Origin: an uncultured Marinoscillum sp.
GTDB taxonomy: Bacteria; Bacteroidota; Bacteroidia; Cytophagales; MED-G16
DNA: 64,000 nucleotides
Direction: 5' to 3'
NCBI GenBank assembly: GCA_964467915.1
Contig: CAYXSW010000001.1
Coordinates: 70,597-134,596, forward strand
The notes under the pieces are model-generated. The model was not told the origin of the DNA and made no database searches. It worked only from the letters and a program-made list of their open reading frames with translations. Shown here in pieces: positions 54,262-63,756 of the stretch (position 1 is its first letter; each line of letters begins with the position of its first letter). The position numbers and the translations under genes are program-made.

Positions 54262-55287
54262 ATGGGTTTTTTTGATTACTTTAATAATGATTTAGCTATT
54301 GATTTGGGTACAGCAAACACCCTAATTATAAGCAAGGGGTCGGTTGTTGTCGATGAACCCTCAATTATTGCTATTGATAGAATAACCAGTAAAGTGTTAG
54401 CAGTAGGATCCGAGGCTATGCAAATGCATGAAAAAACCCACGAAAACATTAAGACGATAAGACCACTTAAGGATGGGGTTATTGCTGATTTTCATGCGGC
54501 TGAACATATGATAAGGGGATTAATTAAAATGATCGATAGTGGTAAAAGATTTATGCCCGTTTCTCATAGGATGGTAATTTGTATTCCATCTGGAATTACC
54601 GAGGTGGAGAAAAGAGCGGTAAGAGATTCAGCTGAACATGCGGGAGCAAAAGAAGTTTATATGATTCATGAACCTTTAGCAGCAGCAATTGGTATTGGCA
54701 TAAATATAGAAAGGCCTGTAGGCTCTATGATTGTTGATATTGGAGGCGGTACTACAGAAATTGCAATTATTGCACTCTCTGGAATTGTTACTGACCAGTC
54801 AATTCGTGTTGCGGGAGATAGTTTTACTGATGACATATTGGACTATATGAAAAGACAGCATAATCTTTTAATTGGCGAAAGATCAGCAGAAAAAATTAAA
54901 ATTGAAGTTGGTTCCGCAATGACTGAGCTTAAGGATGCTCCGGAAGACTTAGATATAAGAGGAAGAGATTTAGTGTCTGGAATACCTAAAATTGTTAAAA
55001 TTACTTATTCAGAAATTGCTTTTGCAATGGATAAATCAATTTCTAAAATAGAAGAAGCAGTTCTTAAAGCACTTGAGAGTTCTCCACCTGAGCTTTCTGC
55101 AGATATTTATGATAACGGAATTTATTTAACAGGAGGGGGAGCCTTGCTCAGAGGATTAGATAAGAGATTAAACTTGAAAACAAAATTACCAATACATATT
55201 GCTGAAGAACCACTAAGGGCTGTTGTTAGAGGAACAGGAGTAGCTCTAAAAAACATTGAAGGTTTCAGGACTGTATTAATGTCATAA
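54262..55287 (+). CDS. mreB: Rod-shape-determining actin homolog MreB
   Basis: DLAIDLGTANT, DIGGGTTEIA and GIYLTGGGALLRGLD motifs. Confidence 0.97.
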   Translation: MGFFDYFNNDLAIDLGTANTLIISKGSVVVDEPSIIAIDRITSKVLAVGSEAMQMHEKTHENIKTIRPLKDGVIADFHAAEHMIRGLIKMIDSGKRFMPVSHRMVICIPSGITEVEKRAVRDSAEHAGAKEVYMIHEPLAAAIGIGINIERPVGSMIVDIGGGTTEIAIIALSGIVTDQSIRVAGDSFTDDILDYMKRQHNLLIGERSAEKIKIEVGSAMTELKDAPEDLDIRGRDLVSGIPKIVKITYSEIAFAMDKSISKIEEAVLKALESSPPELSADIYDNGIYLTGGGALLRGLDKRLNLKTKLPIHIAEEPLRAVVRGTGVALKNIEGFRTVLMS

Positions 55288-55293
55288 CTTATA

Positions 55294-56112
55294 ATGCGTA
55301 ATCTTATAAAATTTATAAGTTTATATAACTACTCAATAACATTCTTAATTCTTTTTATTATCTCAAGTTATTTTCTAATTAATGAAAATTTCATTTTGAA
55401 AACAAAATATTTTAACTCATCAAATTATTTAAGCGGCACCATTTTTTATTATCAATCATCAACAATTAATTACTTTAATTTGGAAGAAAAGAACGTCCAA
55501 CTTGAAAAAGAAAATAAGATATTAAATGAGAAAATTATAAACTCATATTATTCTGATAAAACAGATACGACTTCTGCTCTAAATAATAATTATAAATATA
55601 TTAAGGCTTTGGTTATTAATAATTCAGTTAGAAAATCAAAAAATTATATTACAATAAACAAAGGATCAAGAGCTGGAATTAAAGAAGGCATGGGAGTAAT
55701 CTCATCAACCGGGATAGTTGGAAAAGTAAAATATGTATCAGAAAATTTTTCTACAGTTATATCCTTGCTCAACACATCTTTTTATATTTCTTCTATCTTA
55801 AAAAAAACTAATACGCTATCTTCTGTAAACTGGGGTGGTGTTGATTCCAAAACATTAAAATTGCTTTATGTTCCTAAGCATATTGAGATTAATAAAGGTG
55901 ATGAGATTCTAAGCTCATCATTTGATTCAGTGTTTCCCAAAGGAATTCTAATTGGGAAAGTGAATAATATTAGAAGAGACGTTAACTCTAACTTTTATGA
56001 TATTGATATATTATCAACTCAAAATTTTTATAATTTATCTAATGTATATATTGTAAATTATTTGCTTGTTGATGAGAAAGTTGAATTAGAAAAGATAACA
56101 GATGAAGAATAA
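55294..56112 (+). CDS. mreC: Rod-shape-determining protein MreC
   Basis: N-terminal anchor, a coiled-coil (LEKENKILNEK) and beta domains with GVISSTGIVGKV and FPKGILIGKV. Confidence 0.8.
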   Translation: MRNLIKFISLYNYSITFLILFIISSYFLINENFILKTKYFNSSNYLSGTIFYYQSSTINYFNLEEKNVQLEKENKILNEKIINSYYSDKTDTTSALNNNYKYIKALVINNSVRKSKNYITINKGSRAGIKEGMGVISSTGIVGKVKYVSENFSTVISLLNTSFYISSILKKTNTLSSVNWGGVDSKTLKLLYVPKHIEINKGDEILSSSFDSVFPKGILIGKVNNIRRDVNSNFYDIDILSTQNFYNLSNVYIVNYLLVDEKVELEKITDEE

Positions 56113-56614
56113 TTTTTTGTTATTTGTTTTTTTATTGTTTCTGCAAGTTTTTTTTCTTAATAAAATTTTGTTTTTTGATTATATCATATTATCTCCAATT
56201 ATTATTATTTTAATTTTGTATAAATACCAAAAAGATTCAAAAAAAAGTCTTTTGGTTGCATTTTCATTAGGCTTATTTGTTGATATATTTAACAATTCTT
56301 TAGGCACTTATTCTATAATATGTCTTGCCCTAATGTATTTTAGAAATTCTTGGGTTCTTAAGATAATAGGGGAGGAAAAAACAGAAGAACTTAATTTATT
56401 GTCAGTTCAAGAACTTGGTAACTTTCAATTTTTGTACTATTCTTTTCCAATTTTATTTTTATTTTATTCCTTGTTGTCTTTTTTCGAGTTTGAGTCTTTT
56501 GTTTCTTTAGAAAATATATTATTTATAGTTTTATCGGCAGGTACTAATTATTTTTTAATGTTAATTTTTCAATATTTATTTTTAAAATTTAATCTTAAAA
56601 ATGAGTGGAGATAA
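56102..56614 (+). CDS. mreD: Rod-shape-determining protein MreD (by position and topology)
   Basis: 170-aa polytopic membrane protein between mreC and mrdA, with overlapping starts and stops. Confidence 0.6.
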   Translation: MKNNFLLFVFLLFLQVFFLNKILFFDYIILSPIIIILILYKYQKDSKKSLLVAFSLGLFVDIFNNSLGTYSIICLALMYFRNSWVLKIIGEEKTEELNLLSVQELGNFQFLYYSFPILFLFYSLLSFFEFESFVSLENILFIVLSAGTNYFLMLIFQYLFLKFNLKNEWR

Positions 56615-58406
56615 AACATTTATATTTAAGCTATTACTTTTTGGTGTCTTTTTTGTTTTATCTTCTCGACTATTTTATCTTCAAATCTATGAAGATAAAT
56701 ATCGTGAGTTATCAGAAAATAATACTGTTCACCTAGAGTCAATTTACCCATCTAGAGGGATTATTACTGATAGATATGATTCTGTAATTGTAGAAAATCA
56801 ACCAACATATGATTTTTATATTATTCCAAAGCAGTTTTGGATAAGGGACACCAGCCAGTTGCTTAATTCTTTTTCAATTTCAAAAAGTCAGTTTTTTGAA
56901 AAATTTAATAAAGCTAAAAGTTACTCCTTATATAGGCCTTCTATATTTTATAAGGGAATGGACCATTTTACTTTTGCTTCTCTACAAAGTAAATTATATG
57001 ATTTTAAAGGGATATATCACTCTCCAAAACCAACAAGATATTACCCTAATTCTATCTTACCTCACATTTTAGGTTATGTGGCAGAAATTAATTCACATCA
57101 ACTGCACAAAGATTCTTCCGAATATTATTCTGCCGGAGATTTGGTGGGTTACTCTGGGATAGAACGTTCATATGAAAGTTCACTAAGAGGAGTTAAAGGG
57201 TATAAACTTAAACTTTATGATGTAAATGGGGTGTCTGCTGGTAGCTTTAATGATGGGAAAGAAGACGTGTTGGTTTCTAATGGTAAAAAAATAAAACTAA
57301 CTATTGATTCAGGCCTTCAGTCATATATTGAAAGTTTATTAAAAGGTAAAGTGGGAAGTGTTGTAGCTATTGAACCCAAATCGGGACACATTTTAGCAAT
57401 TGCCTCCTCTCCATCTTATGATCCTAATTTATTGTCAGGCAAAGAGTTTTCAATAAATTATTTAAACCTTCAGGTTGATACGCTTAAGCCAATTTATAAT
57501 CGTGCACTCATGGCTACTTACCCTCCAGGTTCTATGTTTAAATTAATTCAGGGGTTAATTGCCCTAGAGGAGGGTCTAGTAAATTATGATGATCAGTTAT
57601 ATGTGGATCTAAAAAGTATTGGTGACTTAGCTCCTGCAGGTAATTATGACTTAAAAAAAGCTATAGTCAAATCTTCAAATAATTATTTTTTTAAACTTTT
57701 TAGGAAAATAATAAATCAAAATGTTAATCGTAATACTTTTGTTGATTCTAACATTGGCTTAAACAAATGGTCTGAATATGTTAAAATGTTTGGACTTGGT
57801 TCAAATTTAAATTTTAATATTTCTTCTGTTAATTCAGGTTATATTCCTAATTCAAAATATTATGATACCTACTACGGAAAGAATCGTTGGAAATTTTCAA
57901 ACGTATATTCTTTAAGTATTGGTCAAGGTGAGTTGTTGGTGACACCACTTCAAATGGCAAACTTTGCAGCAATAATGGCTAATAGAGGACATTATTACAC
58001 TCCAAACCTAGTATTAGAGGTTGATGGAATCCCTCTCGTTAAAAATCCAATAAATAAACTTAATATATCAAGTGATCATTTTGATTATGTTGTTGATGCT
58101 ATGGAGGAAGTTGTTAAGTTATCTGCCCGTAGAGCTTATATGTTTGGTTTGGATATTTGTGGGAAAACGAGTACGGTAGAAAACCCTCACGGTTATGATC
58201 ACTCTGGCTTTATTGGGTTTGCACCAAAAGAAAATCCTCAAATCGCGATAGCAGCATATATTGAAAATTCAGGTTGGGGCGGAAGAGCAGCAGCTTCTAT
58301 TTCAAGTTTAGTAGCTGAAAAATATATATTTAAAAATATTAAAAGAAAGTGGTTAGAAGAGTATGTAATTAAAGGAGATTTTATAGATGAGGAAGATAAG
58401 CTATAA
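56601..58406 (+). CDS. mrdA: Penicillin-binding protein 2 (elongasome transpeptidase)
   Basis: PBP dimerisation domain plus transpeptidase motifs SMFK (SxxK), SSN and KTS(T). Confidence 0.9.
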   Translation: MSGDKTFIFKLLLFGVFFVLSSRLFYLQIYEDKYRELSENNTVHLESIYPSRGIITDRYDSVIVENQPTYDFYIIPKQFWIRDTSQLLNSFSISKSQFFEKFNKAKSYSLYRPSIFYKGMDHFTFASLQSKLYDFKGIYHSPKPTRYYPNSILPHILGYVAEINSHQLHKDSSEYYSAGDLVGYSGIERSYESSLRGVKGYKLKLYDVNGVSAGSFNDGKEDVLVSNGKKIKLTIDSGLQSYIESLLKGKVGSVVAIEPKSGHILAIASSPSYDPNLLSGKEFSINYLNLQVDTLKPIYNRALMATYPPGSMFKLIQGLIALEEGLVNYDDQLYVDLKSIGDLAPAGNYDLKKAIVKSSNNYFFKLFRKIINQNVNRNTFVDSNIGLNKWSEYVKMFGLGSNLNFNISSVNSGYIPNSKYYDTYYGKNRWKFSNVYSLSIGQGELLVTPLQMANFAAIMANRGHYYTPNLVLEVDGIPLVKNPINKLNISSDHFDYVVDAMEEVVKLSARRAYMFGLDICGKTSTVENPHGYDHSGFIGFAPKENPQIAIAAYIENSGWGGRAAASISSLVAEKYIFKNIKRKWLEEYVIKGDFIDEEDKL

Positions 58407-59649
58407 TATATTTTCAAATGATTTTATTATAACAGGAATTTATTTTTTCCTTTTATTGATAAGTTTTATATCTATTTACTCATCACAAAACTCAGATGAT
58501 TATAGTTTTTTTACCCTTCAGAATGAATCATTTAAACAGCTCATTTGGATGATTGTTTGTCTAATCGTATTTTTTACCGTCTCTATTTTGGAGTATAGAT
58601 TTATTTTTAATTTGGCGGTCCCTTTATATATTATTTCAATAGCTCTATTAATTCTTGTTCTTTTTGTGGGACAAGAGGTTAATAGTCACTCGTCGTGGTT
58701 TAATTTTTTTGGTTTCAAATTTCAACCATCTGAGTTTTCAAAGTTTTCTACAGCTCTTTTTTTAGCAAAAGCTTTTGACTCTTACTCTATAGATTTAAGA
58801 AAATTCAAACATATTGTTCTAACATCCTTAGTGTTTTTATTTCCTTCTTCAATTATTTTGATTCAAGGAGATGCTGGTACAGCAGTAGTTTATTTTGCCT
58901 TTTTTTTAGTTTTTCTTAGGGAAGGGTTGTCGATAAAATTTTTAATTATAGCTTTTTCTTTAATTTTTATTTTTATTCTTGGTTTGTTGCTTGAACCCTA
59001 TATCCTATATATTTTAATTACTGCTGTTTTTCTAATTGTAGTAGGTTTATCCATTAAAGATTTCAAAAAAATTATTAATTCTACTGTTTTTTTTACTCTA
59101 GCAATTTTAATTGTTAATGGACAGGGTTTTGTTTTGAATAATGTCTTGACTCCTAAGCAGAAGCAAAGGGTAGAGACACTAATTAATCCTAGTTCAGATC
59201 CTTTAGGTTCTGGGTGGAATATAACTCAGTCAAAGATTGCTATTGGATCGGGAGGGTTTTTTGGTAAAGGGTTTTTGCAAGGAACCCAAACTGGATTAAA
59301 CTTTGTTCCCATACAAAGTACAGACTTTATTTTTTCAGTAATAGGTGAAGAATTTGGATATTTTGGCTCCATGATCTTTTTAATATTGTATTTAATTTTT
59401 TTATATAGAATTCTAATTTTATCTGAGAACCAAAAAGATAAATTTGCTAGAGTGTTTGGATACTCAACTTTTTCGGTTTTCTTGTTTCACTTTACTGTAA
59501 ATGTTTCGATGACATTAGGTTTGTTTCCTGTGATTGGCATACCCTTGTCTCTAATCAGCTATGGCGGCTCCTCTCTTCTTTCTTTTAGCTTGATGTTGTT
59601 TGTTTTTCTAAAACTTGATAGTGTTAGGCCTTCGATATTAGCTAGATGA
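58387..59649 (+). CDS. rodA: SEDS-family peptidoglycan polymerase RodA
   Basis: 420 aa, polytopic. FQPSEFSKF, TDFIFSVIGEEFG and SYGGSS motifs. Confidence 0.9.
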   Translation: MRKISYNIFSNDFIITGIYFFLLLISFISIYSSQNSDDYSFFTLQNESFKQLIWMIVCLIVFFTVSILEYRFIFNLAVPLYIISIALLILVLFVGQEVNSHSSWFNFFGFKFQPSEFSKFSTALFLAKAFDSYSIDLRKFKHIVLTSLVFLFPSSIILIQGDAGTAVVYFAFFLVFLREGLSIKFLIIAFSLIFIFILGLLLEPYILYILITAVFLIVVGLSIKDFKKIINSTVFFTLAILIVNGQGFVLNNVLTPKQKQRVETLINPSSDPLGSGWNITQSKIAIGSGGFFGKGFLQGTQTGLNFVPIQSTDFIFSVIGEEFGYFGSMIFLILYLIFLYRILILSENQKDKFARVFGYSTFSVFLFHFTVNVSMTLGLFPVIGIPLSLISYGGSSLLSFSLMLFVFLKLDSVRPSILAR

Positions 59650-60435
59650 CACGTAACTTTTTTTTATTTCATGTAGCAACTTTTTTACATCATCTGATAA
59701 TAAATTTTTTTTATAGTGTTCGTTTAAATTGTCTAATATTAAAACAGCTGCGGTCTCAAAGTTTTCTTTCGATATAACTTCTTTCAACAGACTATCTACT
59801 TCGTTGTTGTTTAAAGAAAAAAGAGAATAAAACTGAAATTTGTTATTCTTTTTTATGTGTGATATTTCTTCCGGATTACAATCTATTATTTTACTAACTT
59901 CTAATACTAATGCATGGTTTTTTTCGATGGTAATCTCATCTATATATTTATTTATTTCGGAAGACTTGATAGAAATTTCTTTGTTTTTTTCTACTTTATC
60001 TATTAAAATACTAAATAGGTCCCTAAAGTATTCATAGTATTTAGACCTCATCTTAATTCTCTCTAAATCATACCATTTTAAATTAAGAAAATCTTTTTTT
60101 AAAAAATCTTTGGGGTTAGAAGCTAGTTCTACAATTTCACTCACCGACTTATAAAATAATTTTTTAAATTCATCAAATTCAATAGAAATATTATTTGATA
60201 AAACATTCATCATATTATCTGTAGCTTCTACAACTTCTGTTGAATCATAACTAAAGTAAGGCATTTTGATGTTTTTGAAATTATCATTCCATTTATCATA
60301 GATATTTTTGATTAAAAATAGATTTAATTGTTTTGACTGTGTGATTTTCATTAAGTCTTTACCTTTAACTTTATTTAATGAAATTTTTTTTTCTATTTTT
60401 TTTAGTTGATTTTCACATGATCTATTTAAATCCAA
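59638..60435 (-). CDS. Hypothetical 265-aa Lys/Glu/Asn-rich (probably helical) cytoplasmic protein
   Basis: Long ORF with no signal peptide, no TM segment and no recognisable motif. Its 3' end overlaps the rodA 3' end by 12 nt. Confidence 0.5.
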   Translation of the reverse strand: MDLNRSCENQLKKIEKKISLNKVKGKDLMKITQSKQLNLFLIKNIYDKWNDNFKNIKMPYFSYDSTEVVEATDNMMNVLSNNISIEFDEFKKLFYKSVSEIVELASNPKDFLKKDFLNLKWYDLERIKMRSKYYEYFRDLFSILIDKVEKNKEISIKSSEINKYIDEITIEKNHALVLEVSKIIDCNPEEISHIKKNNKFQFYSLFSLNNNEVDSLLKEVISKENFETAAVLILDNLNEHYKKNLLSDDVKKLLHEIKKSYVSSS

Positions 60436-60515
60436 TTTTTTAATTTTTTTTCGTTATATAATTTAAAAATAATTGTTTTAATATCTTTCAAAATAAAAAT
60501 AATAATAAATGAGGT

Positions 60516-62651
60516 ATGATCTTTAATAGAGTTTTTGTTTTTCTTCTTTTCTGTTATATGCAGGTGCCAGCACAAAGCTTTATAGATATAGATGATTGGA
60601 GATATCATGCTAATTTAAAGAATATTAAATCAGCTAGCATATATGACAATAAAATTTATTGTTTTGGTGAGAGGGGGCTGTTCTTTTTAGATCTTTATGA
60701 TTATAGTATAGTAAGTGATTCTGAATCCTTTGATTTTAAAAGCATAGAGATTGATGTTTCTTTCTCAAACGCACACTATTTAGTTTCTGGTAATAACTCT
60801 GGTTTAATTCAGGTTGTTAAAACTGATGAAACCTTTTTTTTAAATTTACCTGATCTCAACAGTGACTTTAAAATCAACTCTTTTATGGTTCATGAAGAGA
60901 ATCTTTATGTTTCTTCTTCGGAAGGCCTATTTATAATTGATTTAGAAAATAAATTAGTTAAAGACAAATATTATAATATAGGTGTTGGGGGAACTCCTGT
61001 TGAGATTTTAGATTCTCATATAATTAATGACACACTTTATGTTGTCTCAGAAAAAAACATATACTTTATTTCTGTTGAATCTAACCTTTTGGATTTTAAT
61101 TTATGGAAATCTAAATATTTTAATGACATAGAACTTAAGGGATCTTTTATTAAAGACGATGAAATTTATTTTTTTTCAAGTCAGTCTGTTTTTAATATTA
61201 ATAAAGAAACTCTCTATTTTCAAAAAAACATTGACATCCAAAAAGTTTTAACTTATAACTCAGAGATTCATATGATTTTTTTATCCGATAATAGACCTAA
61301 CTACGGAATTTTAAATAACAACAGTCTTAGCGTAATAAGGTTATCTGAAAAAATTTCAGAAATAAATGACATTTTAATTGTAGGCAGTGATGTTTGGTTA
61401 GTTGGCAATAATTTTAGTTTATACAACTTACATCAAGATCAGTTTTTTTCTCCCAACAATAAATTATCATTTGATGTAAAAAGAATAGCATCCTTAAATG
61501 ATTTTGTTTATGCATTTTCTCATACAGAAAAAATTGCGTATACATCAGAATATAGTTGGAAAAATGAGTCTTTTGAAACTTTCTCTAATATTACATCTTT
61601 ATCATATTTTAATAATTTTTTATTTTTTGGTTCAGAAACAGATGGGATTTTAAACAAATCTGAAAATTATATTATTGACAATAACTTTGAGGGCTCTTTA
61701 TTATTTGAACTTTCAGATAACACAATACACGTTTCAGACCTAAAAGCTTTTGAAAAAAAGATGTGGATTTTAAATTATGGTTCTAAAAACCCTTTGATTT
61801 CTATTGATAATAATTATAATTGGAATTCGTATAGTTTAGGGAACCTGAATGAAATTTTTCCGGTCCAGTTTGAGTTTGCGGGAGAAGAAGCTCTTTTTGT
61901 TGTTTTGGATAAGTCACATGGAGGCGGTGTATTGTTTTTTAATATTCAAACATCTGAATCAAAAAGCTTATCTGTAGGAAACGGGAGTTTGAGCTCTAAT
62001 TTAGTTAATGATATTGCTATAGATAAAAACGGATTGGTTTGGGTTGCATCTGATAAAGGGTTAATATTTTTTTTATCACATAAAGTTTATGATATAGATG
62101 ATTATTTTATACCTAATGATGGGGTGCAAAATATATTTCAGGGTATCAACATTTCTTCTTTATTAGTAGATAATTCTAATAATATTTGGGTTGGTTCAGA
62201 TGATGGATTATTTGTTTATGACCATGACAAGAATCAGATTCTTTATCAGTTTACTTCTGCTAACTCTTCCTTATTATCAAATAAAATTGTTGATATTAAG
62301 ATGAGAAAAGATGGAGAGGTGTATGTCTTAACAGAAAAGGGACTTTTATCGATAAGCACCTATATAAAGACACCAGAGGACTCATATGATAATTTAATAT
62401 TTTATCCAAACCCTTTAAGGCTAAAAGAGGATAATAAAATGGTTTTTTCTGGATTACAATCGGAGAATTTCATAAAGATAGTTTCTCTTTCAGGACAAGA
62501 GATCATTCAATTTAAGACAATCGGTGGAGGTTTTTTATGGAATTTAAAAAACGAAAGTGGCACAAAAATTACCACAGGAACATATTTGATTTTTATTTTA
62601 AATGAAGATGGCAGCGAAGATAAATTAATAGGAAAATTTTTAGTGCTATGA
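60516..62651 (+). CDS. T9SS-sorted beta-propeller protein (two-component-regulator-propeller-like repeats + type A C-terminal sorting domain); PorZ-like
   Basis: Signal peptide. Repeated NG(L)VWVASDKGLIFF / NNIWVGSDDGLFVYD / GEVYVLTEKGLLSI blades. C-terminal LIFYPNPL...FSGL...IKIVSLSGQEI...GTYLIFILNEDG...GKFLVL matches the Por_Secre_tail pattern. The size and architecture resemble PorZ; the PorZ call itself carries only about 0.45. Confidence 0.6.
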   Translation: MIFNRVFVFLLFCYMQVPAQSFIDIDDWRYHANLKNIKSASIYDNKIYCFGERGLFFLDLYDYSIVSDSESFDFKSIEIDVSFSNAHYLVSGNNSGLIQVVKTDETFFLNLPDLNSDFKINSFMVHEENLYVSSSEGLFIIDLENKLVKDKYYNIGVGGTPVEILDSHIINDTLYVVSEKNIYFISVESNLLDFNLWKSKYFNDIELKGSFIKDDEIYFFSSQSVFNINKETLYFQKNIDIQKVLTYNSEIHMIFLSDNRPNYGILNNNSLSVIRLSEKISEINDILIVGSDVWLVGNNFSLYNLHQDQFFSPNNKLSFDVKRIASLNDFVYAFSHTEKIAYTSEYSWKNESFETFSNITSLSYFNNFLFFGSETDGILNKSENYIIDNNFEGSLLFELSDNTIHVSDLKAFEKKMWILNYGSKNPLISIDNNYNWNSYSLGNLNEIFPVQFEFAGEEALFVVLDKSHGGGVLFFNIQTSESKSLSVGNGSLSSNLVNDIAIDKNGLVWVASDKGLIFFLSHKVYDIDDYFIPNDGVQNIFQGINISSLLVDNSNNIWVGSDDGLFVYDHDKNQILYQFTSANSSLLSNKIVDIKMRKDGEVYVLTEKGLLSISTYIKTPEDSYDNLIFYPNPLRLKEDNKMVFSGLQSENFIKIVSLSGQEIIQFKTIGGGFLWNLKNESGTKITTGTYLIFILNEDGSEDKLIGKFLVL

Positions 62652-63313
62652 TAAGTAAGACTAAAGGGTTGGTTTTAAGTTATATTAAATATGGCGACAC
62701 GTCTATTATTTGTAAAATTTTTACAAACTCATTTGGCCTCCAATCTTATATAATAAATGAGATTAGAAACACAAAAACTAAAAATATTGCATTATACCAA
62801 CCGCTTAATATTCTTGAAATGGTTGTTTATCATAAAAAAAATTCAGGATTACAAAGAATAAAAGAGGCTAAGCTAGATGTTATTTATACCTCAATTCATA
62901 ATGACATGAAAAAGATATCCGTATGTTTTTTTTTATCTGAATTCTTATCTAAAATTTTAAATAACGAAAGTAATCAAGAAGATAAATTTGATTTTATCCA
63001 AAACTCATTAATTGAGTTTGATAGATTAAACAATAAATTTTCAAATTTTCATGTACAGTTTTTAATAAAGTTTTCAAAATACTATGGAATAAATATAATA
63101 TCTTCTGATCAGTTACTTGTATCAAATAATACGGACGAATTACTAGGTGTTTTTATTCAAAAGTGTATAGATGAGAGTTATAAAGGAAATATAAACTCAA
63201 ATAACATTTTAAGAAATAAAGTGATAAATTTAATTATAGAATACTTTAGTTTCCACCTTGAAATAAATATCAAGCTTAAATCAACTGAAGTATTGAAAGA
63301 AATTTTTAATTAA
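62648..63313 (+). CDS. recO: DNA repair protein RecO
   Basis: N-terminal OB-fold pattern KTKGLVLSYIKYGDTSIICKIFT...G and size/position typical of Bacteroidota RecO. Confidence 0.8.
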   Translation: MISKTKGLVLSYIKYGDTSIICKIFTNSFGLQSYIINEIRNTKTKNIALYQPLNILEMVVYHKKNSGLQRIKEAKLDVIYTSIHNDMKKISVCFFLSEFLSKILNNESNQEDKFDFIQNSLIEFDRLNNKFSNFHVQFLIKFSKYYGINIISSDQLLVSNNTDELLGVFIQKCIDESYKGNINSNNILRNKVINLIIEYFSFHLEINIKLKSTEVLKEIFN

Positions 63314-63320
63314 TTAGAAT

Positions 63321-63755
63321 ATGAGAATTTTAATAATTAGTTCATTTGCTTTTATTTTTTCTTGTTCAGATAAAAAAAAGAATACTAGCTCTACTAATGA
63401 AATTGTTGAAGTTGTTGAAACTACTAATAAGGTGTTTTTTAAATGGCCAAAAGATGGCTCAACTGTTGCCAGTCCAGTTTTTATAGACATGGGGCTAGAA
63501 GGAATGTTAATTGAACCAGCCGGTGTAGTAAAAGAAGGTTATGGACACCATCATATTTTAATCAACCAAAAATTTTGGCCAGAAGGTGAAGTTATTCCAA
63601 CAAGTGATACAACACTTCACTTTGGTATGGGGCAAACAGATGCTACTATAGAGCTTGATCCCGGAAGATATATTGTTTCTCTTCAGTTTGCAGATGGGGT
63701 CCACGTTTCCTTTGGTGAGTTAATGTCAGAATCAATAGAAATAAATGTAGAATAA
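63321..63755 (+). CDS. DUF4399-like small lipoprotein
   Basis: Lipobox FIFSCSD. The GYGHHHILIN motif is as I recall it for DUF4399 proteins. Confidence 0.5.
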   Translation: MRILIISSFAFIFSCSDKKKNTSSTNEIVEVVETTNKVFFKWPKDGSTVASPVFIDMGLEGMLIEPAGVVKEGYGHHHILINQKFWPEGEVIPTSDTTLHFGMGQTDATIELDPGRYIVSLQFADGVHVSFGELMSESIEINVE

Positions 63756-63756
63756 T

